Source: Candidatus Poribacteria bacterium (GTDB taxonomy: Bacteria > Poribacteria > WGA-4E > PCPOR2b). Taken from it: a stretch of DNA of 64,000 nt. The stretch lies in NCBI GenBank assembly GCA_965116925.1, contig OZ220744.1, positions 4,416,001 to 4,480,000 on the forward strand, written 5' to 3'. Below, in pieces: positions 49,683-58,309 of the stretch. Below the pieces are notes generated by a model. It saw only the letters and a program-made list of their open reading frames with translations. It ran no database searches and had not been told where the DNA came from. Each line of letters starts with the position of its first letter. Positions within the stretch are counted from its first letter, which is position 1. The position numbers and the translations under genes are program-made.

Positions 49683-50906
49683 CTAAAGCCCCCAATGCTC
49701 ATCAATCTCTTGCTGGTATCCATCGACCTTTCCATCAAGCACATCAGCGATAGTTACGACCTCTCCGCAATGCCCTGACTCATAAATTGCGATTGAGATG
49801 GCTTTGGCTTGCAAACCGGTCCGGCCATCCACTTCCGGTGACCGCCGATTCCGGATTGCGTCGATGAAGTCGTAGATCTCCAAGGCGAAACCGTCCTCAA
49901 TTTCATGGGGAAAAAGCCGTGCTTTCTCTTCATCGCTCAACGTCTCAAGGTACATTTCGCGGAGTTCTCGCATATTGTATCTTGTCCCATCAAGTCTTTC
50001 CGCCTCCCCTCGGTCCTTAGCTGTAAAGGGATGAAAGACATCGCCGCTGTCACGAATGACACCCTCGGCACCGTAGAAAGCAACATTCAGATGGTTAGCG
50101 CACGGTGCGGCAACTGTCCAACTCCACGTCCCGACCACGCCACTCTTGAAAGTGATGATTGCCACCCAAGTATCCTCATGGCAGGTGGGCACCTTCCCTT
50201 TTTCGGCGTGATTGGCGAATCGTCCATCAATTTGACGGACTTCAGCGTAAACCTTTTCGACATCACCGAAGAAGTAGCGGATGGTGTCCATCATATGCGC
50301 GCCGCTGTCCATCACCATACCGCCGCCGCTGAACTCTTTGCCTAACCGCCAATGCCAATCCCCAATACTTGCTGGATCGTTCCAAGCCGCGGATTGTGCG
50401 AAGAACATTCGGGGTGTCCCGATAATGTTTCCTTCGTTAAGTGCCCATTTGACAGTTCGTTGTCCGGGTGTCCTGCGACAATTCTCTGCCGTAGCGGTAA
50501 GTCGTCCATGTTTCTCCGCGACTTCAATCATCTTCTGGCTTGCTTTTATTGTTACGCCAAACGGCTTCTCCGTCATAATATCAACGCCTGATTCAAGACA
50601 CGGGATGGCGGAGATATGGTGATAAGCATGTGACGTACAGATATCCGCTCCATCCAAATCTTCTGCTTTTAGCATTTCTTCAACATCATCGTAAACGCGG
50701 GGCATGGTCCCCTGCAATTCTGCAACCTGTTCCGCATAATTTTTCGCCGCTTCCCTACGCACATCACACGTTGCCTCAATTGAAAAGGTATTAACCCCTT
50801 TTTCCACGAGTGCTTGATAGCCTCGCAGATGTGCATTTGCGATTCCACCACAACCAATGACCGCTAAACCAACCTTATCTGACACAGCTTTCCCCCTATA
50901 ATTCAT
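49683..50906 (-). CDS. Gfo/Idh/MocA oxidoreductase
   Basis: VIGCGGIA, TEKP, GGMVMDSGAH; probable GTG start at 50885. Confidence 0.92.
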   Translation of the reverse strand: MNYRGKAVSDKVGLAVIGCGGIANAHLRGYQALVEKGVNTFSIEATCDVRREAAKNYAEQVAELQGTMPRVYDDVEEMLKAEDLDGADICTSHAYHHISAIPCLESGVDIMTEKPFGVTIKASQKMIEVAEKHGRLTATAENCRRTPGQRTVKWALNEGNIIGTPRMFFAQSAAWNDPASIGDWHWRLGKEFSGGGMVMDSGAHMMDTIRYFFGDVEKVYAEVRQIDGRFANHAEKGKVPTCHEDTWVAIITFKSGVVGTWSWTVAAPCANHLNVAFYGAEGVIRDSGDVFHPFTAKDRGEAERLDGTRYNMRELREMYLETLSDEEKARLFPHEIEDGFALEIYDFIDAIRNRRSPEVDGRTGLQAKAISIAIYESGHCGEVVTIADVLDGKVDGYQQEIDEHWGL

Positions 50907-50934
50907 GAACCTTGGATAGAGTTAGAATAAAATC

Positions 50935-50963
50935 TTGACTTTTTGACAGCTTCAGTTTACTAT
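50935..50963 (+). promoter_or_regulatory. Putative sigma70 promoter of the eutN-HK-RR operon
   Basis: TTGACT-N17-TACTAT. Confidence 0.5.
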
Positions 50964-51063
50964 ACCTACAGCCATATAACTTTGTCAATGATGTTTTCAT
51001 GATGCCTTATATTTTGCATGATTTGCGTTTTTCGGACTAAGAATAAACAGGGAAAGATTTCGC

Positions 51064-51351
51064 ATGACGGTTGGAAAAGTTGTGGGAACTGTCGTTGCCA
51101 CACGAAAAGATGAAAAACTGGTCGGTAGTAAGTTGCTGATTGTGCAGGATACCGAGCTAGATGGAACGCTCCTCAGTCGATATACGGTGGCTGTTGATGC
51201 TGTTGGTGCGGGCGTCGGCGAGCTGGTGCTCACCGCAGCAGGAAGTTCAGCGCGCCAAACTGATGCCACCAAAAACAAGCCTATTGATGCGGTGGTCATG
51301 GCGATTATCGATTCGATCGAGGTGCACGGGGAAATCCAGTTTCAGAAGTAG
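51064..51351 (+). CDS. Bacterial microcompartment pentamer (EutN/CcmL, BMC-P)
   Basis: GKVVGTVVATRK, VAVDAVGAGVGE, GSSAR, PIDA..AIID. Confidence 0.95.
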   Translation: MTVGKVVGTVVATRKDEKLVGSKLLIVQDTELDGTLLSRYTVAVDAVGAGVGELVLTAAGSSARQTDATKNKPIDAVVMAIIDSIEVHGEIQFQK

Positions 51352-51395
51352 CGATTAATATACTTCTTTAGGGGCTGTCAGTTGTCCATATCAAC

Positions 51396-53138
51396 ATGGT
51401 TGCAAATTCAACAGATTTACCTCTTGGAATTGAACTCATCAAGCGAATCCGCTGGCTTGTTAAACTCCGCTGGATTGCCATAACGGGTGTCTTGCTGACT
51501 GTAAGCATTGCAAGCTGGGGGCTCCACATTATTGACAATCCAACGCCGTTGTATATCATCGCGGCATTGATGACCCTTTACAACTTTGAACCGCAAATCT
51601 ATCCCAAACATCTTACAGAAAAGCCGCTCGTATCAATTCAGCGTCATGCGGGCAGACATATTATCTTAGATTTGTTCTCTTTGACAGCACTCATCCACTT
51701 TAGCGGTGGCGTCGAGAACCCGTTTATTTTCTATTTTATCTTTCATCTCGTTATCGCGAGCATACTCCTTTCTAAAAAAGTTAGTTACATCCTTGCCACA
51801 CTCAATACAATCCTTTTAAGTGCTCTCATTTTCTTGGAGTATTACTACGTCCTACCCCATTACCATCTACAGAATTTTCTGCCTGTAACCCTCTGGCGAG
51901 ATCCGATTTACATCTCAAGTGTGCTGTTCGTGTTCACTAGTACCCTATTTTTCTCTGTCTATCTTGCAACATCAATTATGGATACCGCGAGAGCGCGTGA
52001 AGCGGAGACCCGTGAATTGAAAGACAATCTTGAGGAAAAGGTTGTTGAATTAGAAGAGACAAGGGGTGCGGTGCTTTTCGAGCGAAATAAACTCACATCG
52101 ATTATTGAATGTATGCAGGAAGGGGTTATCTTTGTCGATGACAAGAACCATGTGTCACTTTTTAATAAGGCAGGACAGCAGATTCAAAAGGAGCAATTCG
52201 GACTCGATACAGAAGCCCTCCAATCCCCAGAGGCTGACGGGGTACTCCTGCAAATCGCAGAGGGTTTATCGAAGGGACACGCAGTGATTGAACAGCAGAG
52301 TCTACAGATTAAGGATAAATTCTTTGAAAACACGTATGCCGCCGTGCGTGACAGGGATGACAACTACTTAGGCACGGTTTTGGTTTGTCGAGACGTGACC
52401 GATCGGAAACGGATGGAGCAGCAGATGGTTCAATCAGAAAAGATGGCGGCGATAGGCGAGTTGGCCTCAGGGGTTGCACATGAGATTAATAATCCCCTTG
52501 ACGGTCTACTCAACTGCATCCTTCGGATAAAGCGCGATCCGCAGAACGAACGACAGACCAAAGAATACTTGGGGCTCATGGAGGAAGCACTCAGACGGAT
52601 TGAATCGACTGTCGGGCAGCTTCTCAATTTCTCACGTCAACGTGATCTGGAACTCACGTCAGTGTCTCTTAATGAGGTTGTCACCGAAGTTGTTGGTCTG
52701 ATTGCGTACAGCGCTGACGAAAAGGATATTCAGATTGAGAAACATTTCCAAGAAGAACTGGAGCTAATCCGTGGGGACAAACACCTATTGGAGCAGGTTG
52801 TCCTAAACCTTGCCCTAAATGCGATTGCGGCTATGCCCGATGGTGGTGTATTGTCCTTCAAAACTGGGGAGATCGGCTTTGATGCGCTACTTGGTAAATC
52901 GACAATTTTCGTTCAAGTAACGGACACAGGAATCGGCATCCCCACGTCTGTTCAAGATCGGATTTTTGACCCGTTTTATACCACGAAGATTACTGAGAAA
53001 GGCACGGGACTGGGACTCTCGGTATCCAACCGAATCATCAGACAACATGAAGGTGTCATCGAATTCGATAGTAAGATGGATCAGGGTTCCGTGTTCACCG
53101 TCAAATTACCGATTAGGAGAGGGGTGGAAAAGGATTGA
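51396..53138 (+). CDS. Membrane sensor histidine kinase with PAS domain
   Basis: Multi-TM N-terminus, AHEINNPL, NL..NA, DTGIG, GTGLGL. Confidence 0.95.
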   Translation: MVANSTDLPLGIELIKRIRWLVKLRWIAITGVLLTVSIASWGLHIIDNPTPLYIIAALMTLYNFEPQIYPKHLTEKPLVSIQRHAGRHIILDLFSLTALIHFSGGVENPFIFYFIFHLVIASILLSKKVSYILATLNTILLSALIFLEYYYVLPHYHLQNFLPVTLWRDPIYISSVLFVFTSTLFFSVYLATSIMDTARAREAETRELKDNLEEKVVELEETRGAVLFERNKLTSIIECMQEGVIFVDDKNHVSLFNKAGQQIQKEQFGLDTEALQSPEADGVLLQIAEGLSKGHAVIEQQSLQIKDKFFENTYAAVRDRDDNYLGTVLVCRDVTDRKRMEQQMVQSEKMAAIGELASGVAHEINNPLDGLLNCILRIKRDPQNERQTKEYLGLMEEALRRIESTVGQLLNFSRQRDLELTSVSLNEVVTEVVGLIAYSADEKDIQIEKHFQEELELIRGDKHLLEQVVLNLALNAIAAMPDGGVLSFKTGEIGFDALLGKSTIFVQVTDTGIGIPTSVQDRIFDPFYTTKITEKGTGLGLSVSNRIIRQHEGVIEFDSKMDQGSVFTVKLPIRRGVEKD

Positions 53139-54454
53139 AAGTACTGGTTGTTGATGATGAAAAAATCAAACTAATTACACTACGAGATGATTTGCGCGAA
53201 GCGAGCTACGATACTATTGCGGTCGAGTCTCCAGCACTTGGACTCCAACTTGTGCAGAACGAACATTTCGATGTGCTTGTTACTGATTTGCGCCTACCGA
53301 AGATGCACGGCATTGAATTTCTCAAGCGCGTCCAGAAGGAACAACCCCATATTATTGTGATTGTCATGACCGCTTATGCGAGTGTTGAAACTGCTGTGGA
53401 AGCGATGAAATTCGGGGCGTATAACTATATCAAGAAACCTTTTTCCAGCGAAGAACTGATTAAGATGCTGGATAAACTGAAAATGCTGCACGGCAGAGAT
53501 AAACAGCGTTCACAACTAAAAGTTCCTATGAAAGGACGGTCTCCATATCATCATATTATCGGGAAAAGTCAAGCGATACAAGACCTCTTTGACCTGCTTG
53601 AAAATATCTCCGATACTCAGAGTACTGTGCTAATCTATGGGGAACATGGCACAGGAAAAACACTCGTTGCAAAATCCATTCATTTTAACAGTGGGCGTAG
53701 ATTCCACTCCTTTAGGATCGCAAACTGCTCAGGCGTGCCTACCGAAGCGTTAGATCGAGAGCTATTTGGAGACAAGCAGACGGAAAACGAGTTTGGGCGT
53801 AGAGGGACACTTTTTCTTCAAGATATTGATGCCCTTTCCATTGCCCTACAGGTCAAATTTCTACGGGCACTAGAGGGGCAGCAGTTGAACCTAGACAGAA
53901 GCACACAAGGAGAGGATGTACGGATTATTGCTGCGACGACCAAGAATTTGCGGACGAAGGTTCAGAATGGGGAATTTCGAGACGATCTCTTTTACCGTCT
54001 AAATGTTGTCCCGATTTTTCTGCCACCGTTGCGTGAGCGGGTCGAGGATATTCCCCTTCTGATTAATCATTTTTTAGATCTGTTCTCGCCTAATGCTCCT
54101 ATCCATATTGCTCCCGAAGCTGTTGCGGTGCTCGCAGCATATCCATGGCCCGGCAATGTCCGCGAATTAGAAAATGTGATCGAACGGCTTGTAACGGTTG
54201 GAGACGGTGCAGATATTACTCCCGATGATATTCCGCTTGAATTGAAACTACCGGCACAGATAAGCTTAGATGAGACGTTGAGTGAGATATCCTTCCAAGA
54301 GATTATCCGGTCGACCGAGCGTGAACTCATCGGTTGGGCAATGAAAAAAGCACAGGGGAACAAAACGCAAGCCGCAAAGCTGCTCAAAATGAAACCCTCA
54401 ACCTTCCGCGATACCCTTGCCAAGTATATTGACCAGATCGAATGGCAGGCGTGA
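53135..54454 (+). CDS. NtrC-like response regulator (REC-AAA+-Fis HTH) lacking GAFTGA
   Basis: VVDDE, TDL, GEHGTGKT, FRDDLFYRLNV, WPGNVRELEN. Confidence 0.93.
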   Translation: MKVLVVDDEKIKLITLRDDLREASYDTIAVESPALGLQLVQNEHFDVLVTDLRLPKMHGIEFLKRVQKEQPHIIVIVMTAYASVETAVEAMKFGAYNYIKKPFSSEELIKMLDKLKMLHGRDKQRSQLKVPMKGRSPYHHIIGKSQAIQDLFDLLENISDTQSTVLIYGEHGTGKTLVAKSIHFNSGRRFHSFRIANCSGVPTEALDRELFGDKQTENEFGRRGTLFLQDIDALSIALQVKFLRALEGQQLNLDRSTQGEDVRIIAATTKNLRTKVQNGEFRDDLFYRLNVVPIFLPPLRERVEDIPLLINHFLDLFSPNAPIHIAPEAVAVLAAYPWPGNVRELENVIERLVTVGDGADITPDDIPLELKLPAQISLDETLSEISFQEIIRSTERELIGWAMKKAQGNKTQAAKLLKMKPSTFRDTLAKYIDQIEWQA

Positions 54455-55041
54455 AGGGGAAGCGTACAAACCAAATGAATCAGAAACAGGCGCGCGAGCG
54501 GCTTCGAGCGGAAGTCCTCCGCAAAAGGGACAGCATTCCACCAAGTGTGAGAGCTGAACTAAGCCGACGGATTGTTGACCGTGCAATCAATTGGATTGAG
54601 GTGAACCGAGCCAATGCAGTCCTAATCTACCTCGACATGCGAAGTGAGGTGGAGACCGGTGGGTTGCTTGATTATCTGTTGGTTCAGAATAAAATTGCGC
54701 TTGCCCCTGTGATGCGTATGAAGCAGCGAAACCTTACACCATATCGTATCGTAGATGCGAAAAAAGATCTTATTCTCCACCCATACGGTATGTATCAGCC
54801 GAACCGGGCAACCTGTTCTCCCTTTCCTTTGAACCAGATCGATTTAATTTTTGTTCCCGGTGTCGCTTTTGACCTCAAGGGCTACCGGATCGGATACGGT
54901 GCCGGTTTCTATGATCGATTCCTACCGCAATGTCCACAAGCAGTTTGGATTGGGTTGGCTTACAAAGCGCAAATGGTGGCAGATACCTTTCCGCAGGCTT
55001 GGGACGTCCCTCTCCATCAAATCCTCACAGAGGACGCGTGA
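54451..55041 (+). CDS. 5-formyltetrahydrofolate cyclo-ligase
   Basis: IDLIFVPGVAFD..GYRIGYGAGFYDRFL; start uncertain (GTGA overlap). Confidence 0.93.
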   Translation: MKGKRTNQMNQKQARERLRAEVLRKRDSIPPSVRAELSRRIVDRAINWIEVNRANAVLIYLDMRSEVETGGLLDYLLVQNKIALAPVMRMKQRNLTPYRIVDAKKDLILHPYGMYQPNRATCSPFPLNQIDLIFVPGVAFDLKGYRIGYGAGFYDRFLPQCPQAVWIGLAYKAQMVADTFPQAWDVPLHQILTEDA

Positions 55042-55130
55042 TATTTGTTGACGATTTTTAATCCGTGGGGGATTGCTTGAATACGTCTGCCTATGTTTTT
55101 GTACATCGTGTGCTGTGCCCAATTTTACGC

Positions 55131-55158
55131 TTGACATGGGATGGGGCTATGATATAAT
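55131..55158 (+). promoter_or_regulatory. Strong sigma70 promoter of the dcw cluster
   Basis: TTGACA-N16-TATAAT with TGn extended -10. Confidence 0.75.
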
Positions 55159-55237
55159 TCTTTCGTTTGGGGTGAACGGTTTAGGCTGTTTAGCAAGCAC
55201 TCTTCCAAATCAGCGTAGGAAAGGAGGGTATGCCTGA

Positions 55238-56254
55238 TTGGGTGAAACGAAAACGAGGGACATTCAGAAAGAGATGGGTGGTAACCACATACCTGTTCTA
55301 GTCGATGAAGTGATTCAATTTTTAGAACCGAAAAATCACGGTTTTTATGTGGATGGCACAGTTGGATTAGGTGGGCATGCCGCTGTTATTTTACATCAGT
55401 CTGCGCCGAAAGGGTTTCTACTTGGGATTGATTTGGACTCGGAGGCGTTGGCTATTGCCAAGCAGAAACTACATGAATACAAGGAACGGGTGACACTCGT
55501 TGATGGTAATTTTGCCCACTTGGATCGGCTGCACCAGTTGTCTCAGGGTTCGGGGGGAACGGAAGCAATGATTCCGCAAATTGATGGCATTTTACTAGAC
55601 CTCGGAGTGTCATCTTTGCAACTTGATACGCCAGCGAGAGGGTTTAGTTTCACCCACTCTGGTCCCTTAGATATGCGGATGGATACTAGCCAGTCTCTAT
55701 CAGCAGCGCGCGTCGTAAACCGCCATCCAGAGGACGCGCTTGCAATGATTTTTACGCAATTCGGTCAAGAGCGTTGGGCGAAAAAAATTGCGCGCCAGAT
55801 TGTTCACGCCCGAAAACGCAAGTCTATCTCAACAACCGGTCAACTGGCTGAAATCGTTCTGGATGCGATTCCCCCCAAATCAACAGGTTGGCGCATCCAT
55901 CCCGCGACACGGGTTTTTCAAGCGTTACGAATCTTTATTAACGATGAGCTTAAAAACCTGCATTCCGGGATACATTCCGCTGCTGCTGCTTTGAAGCCCG
56001 GTGGACGCTTATGCATCATCTCTTTCCATTCTCTCGAAGATCGAATTGTTAAAGAACAGTTTCGCACTCTATCGCGTGGCTGTATCTGCCCACCGAAGAC
56101 CCCTATCTGTGTGTGTCAGCATACACCTACTCTTCAAATACTAACCAAACGTCCAATAGTTCCAACCCCCGATGAAATTCGACACAATCCTCGATCCCGA
56201 AGCGCAAAATTACGGGTTGCGATGAAGATCTACGAATCTAAAACCCAAGATTAA
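55238..56254 (+). CDS. rsmH: 16S rRNA m4C1402 methyltransferase
   Basis: HIPVL, DLGVSS.QLD, HPATRVFQALRI, SFHSLEDR, NPRSRSAKLR. Confidence 0.98.
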   Translation: MGETKTRDIQKEMGGNHIPVLVDEVIQFLEPKNHGFYVDGTVGLGGHAAVILHQSAPKGFLLGIDLDSEALAIAKQKLHEYKERVTLVDGNFAHLDRLHQLSQGSGGTEAMIPQIDGILLDLGVSSLQLDTPARGFSFTHSGPLDMRMDTSQSLSAARVVNRHPEDALAMIFTQFGQERWAKKIARQIVHARKRKSISTTGQLAEIVLDAIPPKSTGWRIHPATRVFQALRIFINDELKNLHSGIHSAAAALKPGGRLCIISFHSLEDRIVKEQFRTLSRGCICPPKTPICVCQHTPTLQILTKRPIVPTPDEIRHNPRSRSAKLRVAMKIYESKTQD

Positions 56255-56314
56255 ACGTTTCTTAAAAACCGGACGAGGCGGTTTGCAAAGGAATCATCAG
56301 AGACTATTACAATC

Positions 56315-56608
56315 ATGAAATATCAAAAACCAGTTCCATCGTCAAAATTTCATCCCTTTGCATACCTCGCGCTTGCCATTTATATTGGTATCTTTTTTTT
56401 AAGTGCATGGTTTGCGTCAAGCCAGCACAAGGTTGCGCTGCAAATGCGTGAGGACTTTGAGCAGCGAAGAGATCAACTCCACAACGAAATCAATAGGCTC
56501 AAAATACAGGAAACGAAACTCACTTCTATTGAACGGATTCACGAAATCGCTAAGGATCTTCAGATGGTTCAACCCTCCCAGCAAGCCCATGTGCTGCGTG
56601 CTGATTAA
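56315..56608 (+). CDS. ftsL: Cell division protein FtsL-like
   Basis: TM helix plus coiled coil, SIERIHEIA..L.M; located between rsmH and ftsI. Confidence 0.8.
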   Translation: MKYQKPVPSSKFHPFAYLALAIYIGIFFLSAWFASSQHKVALQMREDFEQRRDQLHNEINRLKIQETKLTSIERIHEIAKDLQMVQPSQQAHVLRAD

Positions 56609-56627
56609 GATCTGTGAATCGAGTGTT

Positions 56628-56735
56628 TATAGTGGATCTTAGAATTAATGAAACACCCAAAATCGGCGCAGTTGCAAACAGCGCCTACTAAACATGGGGA
56701 GCGAAAGTGTTCATTTATTTTTTGAATTCACTATA
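56628..56735. mobile_element. 108-bp MITE with TATAGTG inverted ends
   Basis: TATAGTGGAT...ATTCACTATA; partial copies at 5031-5062 and 5311-5327. Confidence 0.75.
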
Positions 56736-57100
56736 ATTGCGTGCTCAATCTTTGGGACATCACAGAATACACCCTTCCTTGGGGCTGTTTCCTACAGTGT
56801 GATTTGTGAACGTGAAATGTAGTGGGTGAAATGCTTCATGTTTCAGGCAAGCAATTCAATCTGTGTGGAGTTCTTCACTAGTCGTGCACGCTGTTACACT
56901 TCTGCATTAATACCTTATGAAAATACTGGAAACAATCCCAATGCTTTAGCGTTGGATCAGACCGCGTAATTTTAGTTGATTTTCTTGGCAAAGTAGGGGG
57001 TACTTGGTTTGTCTTTCGGTGGGAGAATGTCAACTCTATCGCACGATAGGGTCTGCCACAATCCACTGACATGGACACGAAAGACAGAAAGACACTTCCA

Positions 57101-58201
57101 ATGTTAAAAACTCACAAAATCGCATTAGATCCAAACAACATTCAATCGACCCAATTCGCTCAACATTGTGGGTATGCACGTGTTGCGTATAATCACGTTC
57201 TTGCTGATTTCAAGGACGGCTTAACCAATGGGGAGTGGCGTTCACACATAGAGTTAAACAAGCGATTTAACTCAGTTAAACGTGAGCAATATGAGTGGTG
57301 TGACGAGTTAAATCAACGTGCTGCTTATAATGCGATTTACTTTAATTTCCACAACGCAGTCAAACGTTGGCAGTCAGGTGAGAGTCGGTTTCCGAAATTC
57401 AAGAAGCGTTCTAAGGGTCAAAGTTTTCAAGCAGACGCCGGTCGAGGCACAACTATTATCGAAGGACAGCGTATAAAACTACCCAAGATAGGTTGGGTTC
57501 GCATGTTCCAAACACTTCGACACCTCGGCACTATCGTCAAAGTTGTAATCTCAAAGACTGCTAACCGTTGGTTCGCTTCTATCACTGTAGATACTTTCGC
57601 TAACGATACTATTGCTGCCAATGGACATCTGCCTGTTGTTGGTGTTGACGTAGGTATCAATCACTTAGCGGTCACGTCCGAAGGTGTATATCACGAAAAC
57701 CCCAAAGCCTTAAAGCGTTACGAGCGGAAGCTAAAACGGTTGCAACGTCAGTTAAGCCGTCAGCAAAAAGGGAGTCGGAATTGGCATAAGACGAAAGCGA
57801 AACTTGCCAAGCTACACTACCGTATCGCCTGCATTCGACAGGACGCTCAACACAAGGCAACAACGGGTATCGTCAATGGTGCGAGTCGTATTGGGATTGA
57901 GTCGCTAAATGTCGCCGGTATGTTAAAAAACCACAGATTTGCAAAGGCATTATCGGACGCTTCATTATCCAGTTTTCTGTCTATGCTCACATACAAAGCA
58001 GAACGGTTAGGCGTTAAAATTGTAGAGGCAGACCCCTTCTACCCGTCGAGTAAGACGTGCTCGGCTTGTGGGGCAAAAGACAAAGGCCTGTCACTATCGG
58101 ATAGGACTTACCATTGCAGCGATTGTGGGCATACCCAAGACCGAGACCTTAACGCTGCGATAAATCTACGAACCGTCGCCGTGGGACACACGGAGACGTA
58201 A
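57101..58201 (+). CDS. tnpB: RNA-guided endonuclease TnpB (IS200/IS605/IS607 OrfB), no adjacent tnpA
   Basis: N-terminal HTH, RuvC GVDVG / IESL / DRDLNAA, zinc finger CSAC..CSDC. Confidence 0.96.
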   Translation: MLKTHKIALDPNNIQSTQFAQHCGYARVAYNHVLADFKDGLTNGEWRSHIELNKRFNSVKREQYEWCDELNQRAAYNAIYFNFHNAVKRWQSGESRFPKFKKRSKGQSFQADAGRGTTIIEGQRIKLPKIGWVRMFQTLRHLGTIVKVVISKTANRWFASITVDTFANDTIAANGHLPVVGVDVGINHLAVTSEGVYHENPKALKRYERKLKRLQRQLSRQQKGSRNWHKTKAKLAKLHYRIACIRQDAQHKATTGIVNGASRIGIESLNVAGMLKNHRFAKALSDASLSSFLSMLTYKAERLGVKIVEADPFYPSSKTCSACGAKDKGLSLSDRTYHCSDCGHTQDRDLNAAINLRTVAVGHTET

Positions 58202-58292
58202 AACGCTTGTCCGCAAGGATCCCGATTTATCGGGGTGGAGAGATAGTAAGACCACACCAGCCATACGTGGCTTGTCTCGTCGAAACAAGAAA
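58170..58292 (+). ncRNA. Putative omegaRNA scaffold overlapping the tnpB 3' end
   Basis: CCGTG/CACGG hairpin, CTTGT/ACAAG and GAGATAG/CTTGTCTC pairings, GTAAGAC motif; boundaries uncertain. Confidence 0.55.
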
Positions 58293-58309
58293 ATAGCATG
58301 GAGATACTA

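Noticed and set aside
54380..54480. 6S RNA upstream of the 5-formyl-THF cyclo-ligase gene
   Set aside because: No intergenic space; the gene overlaps the regulator
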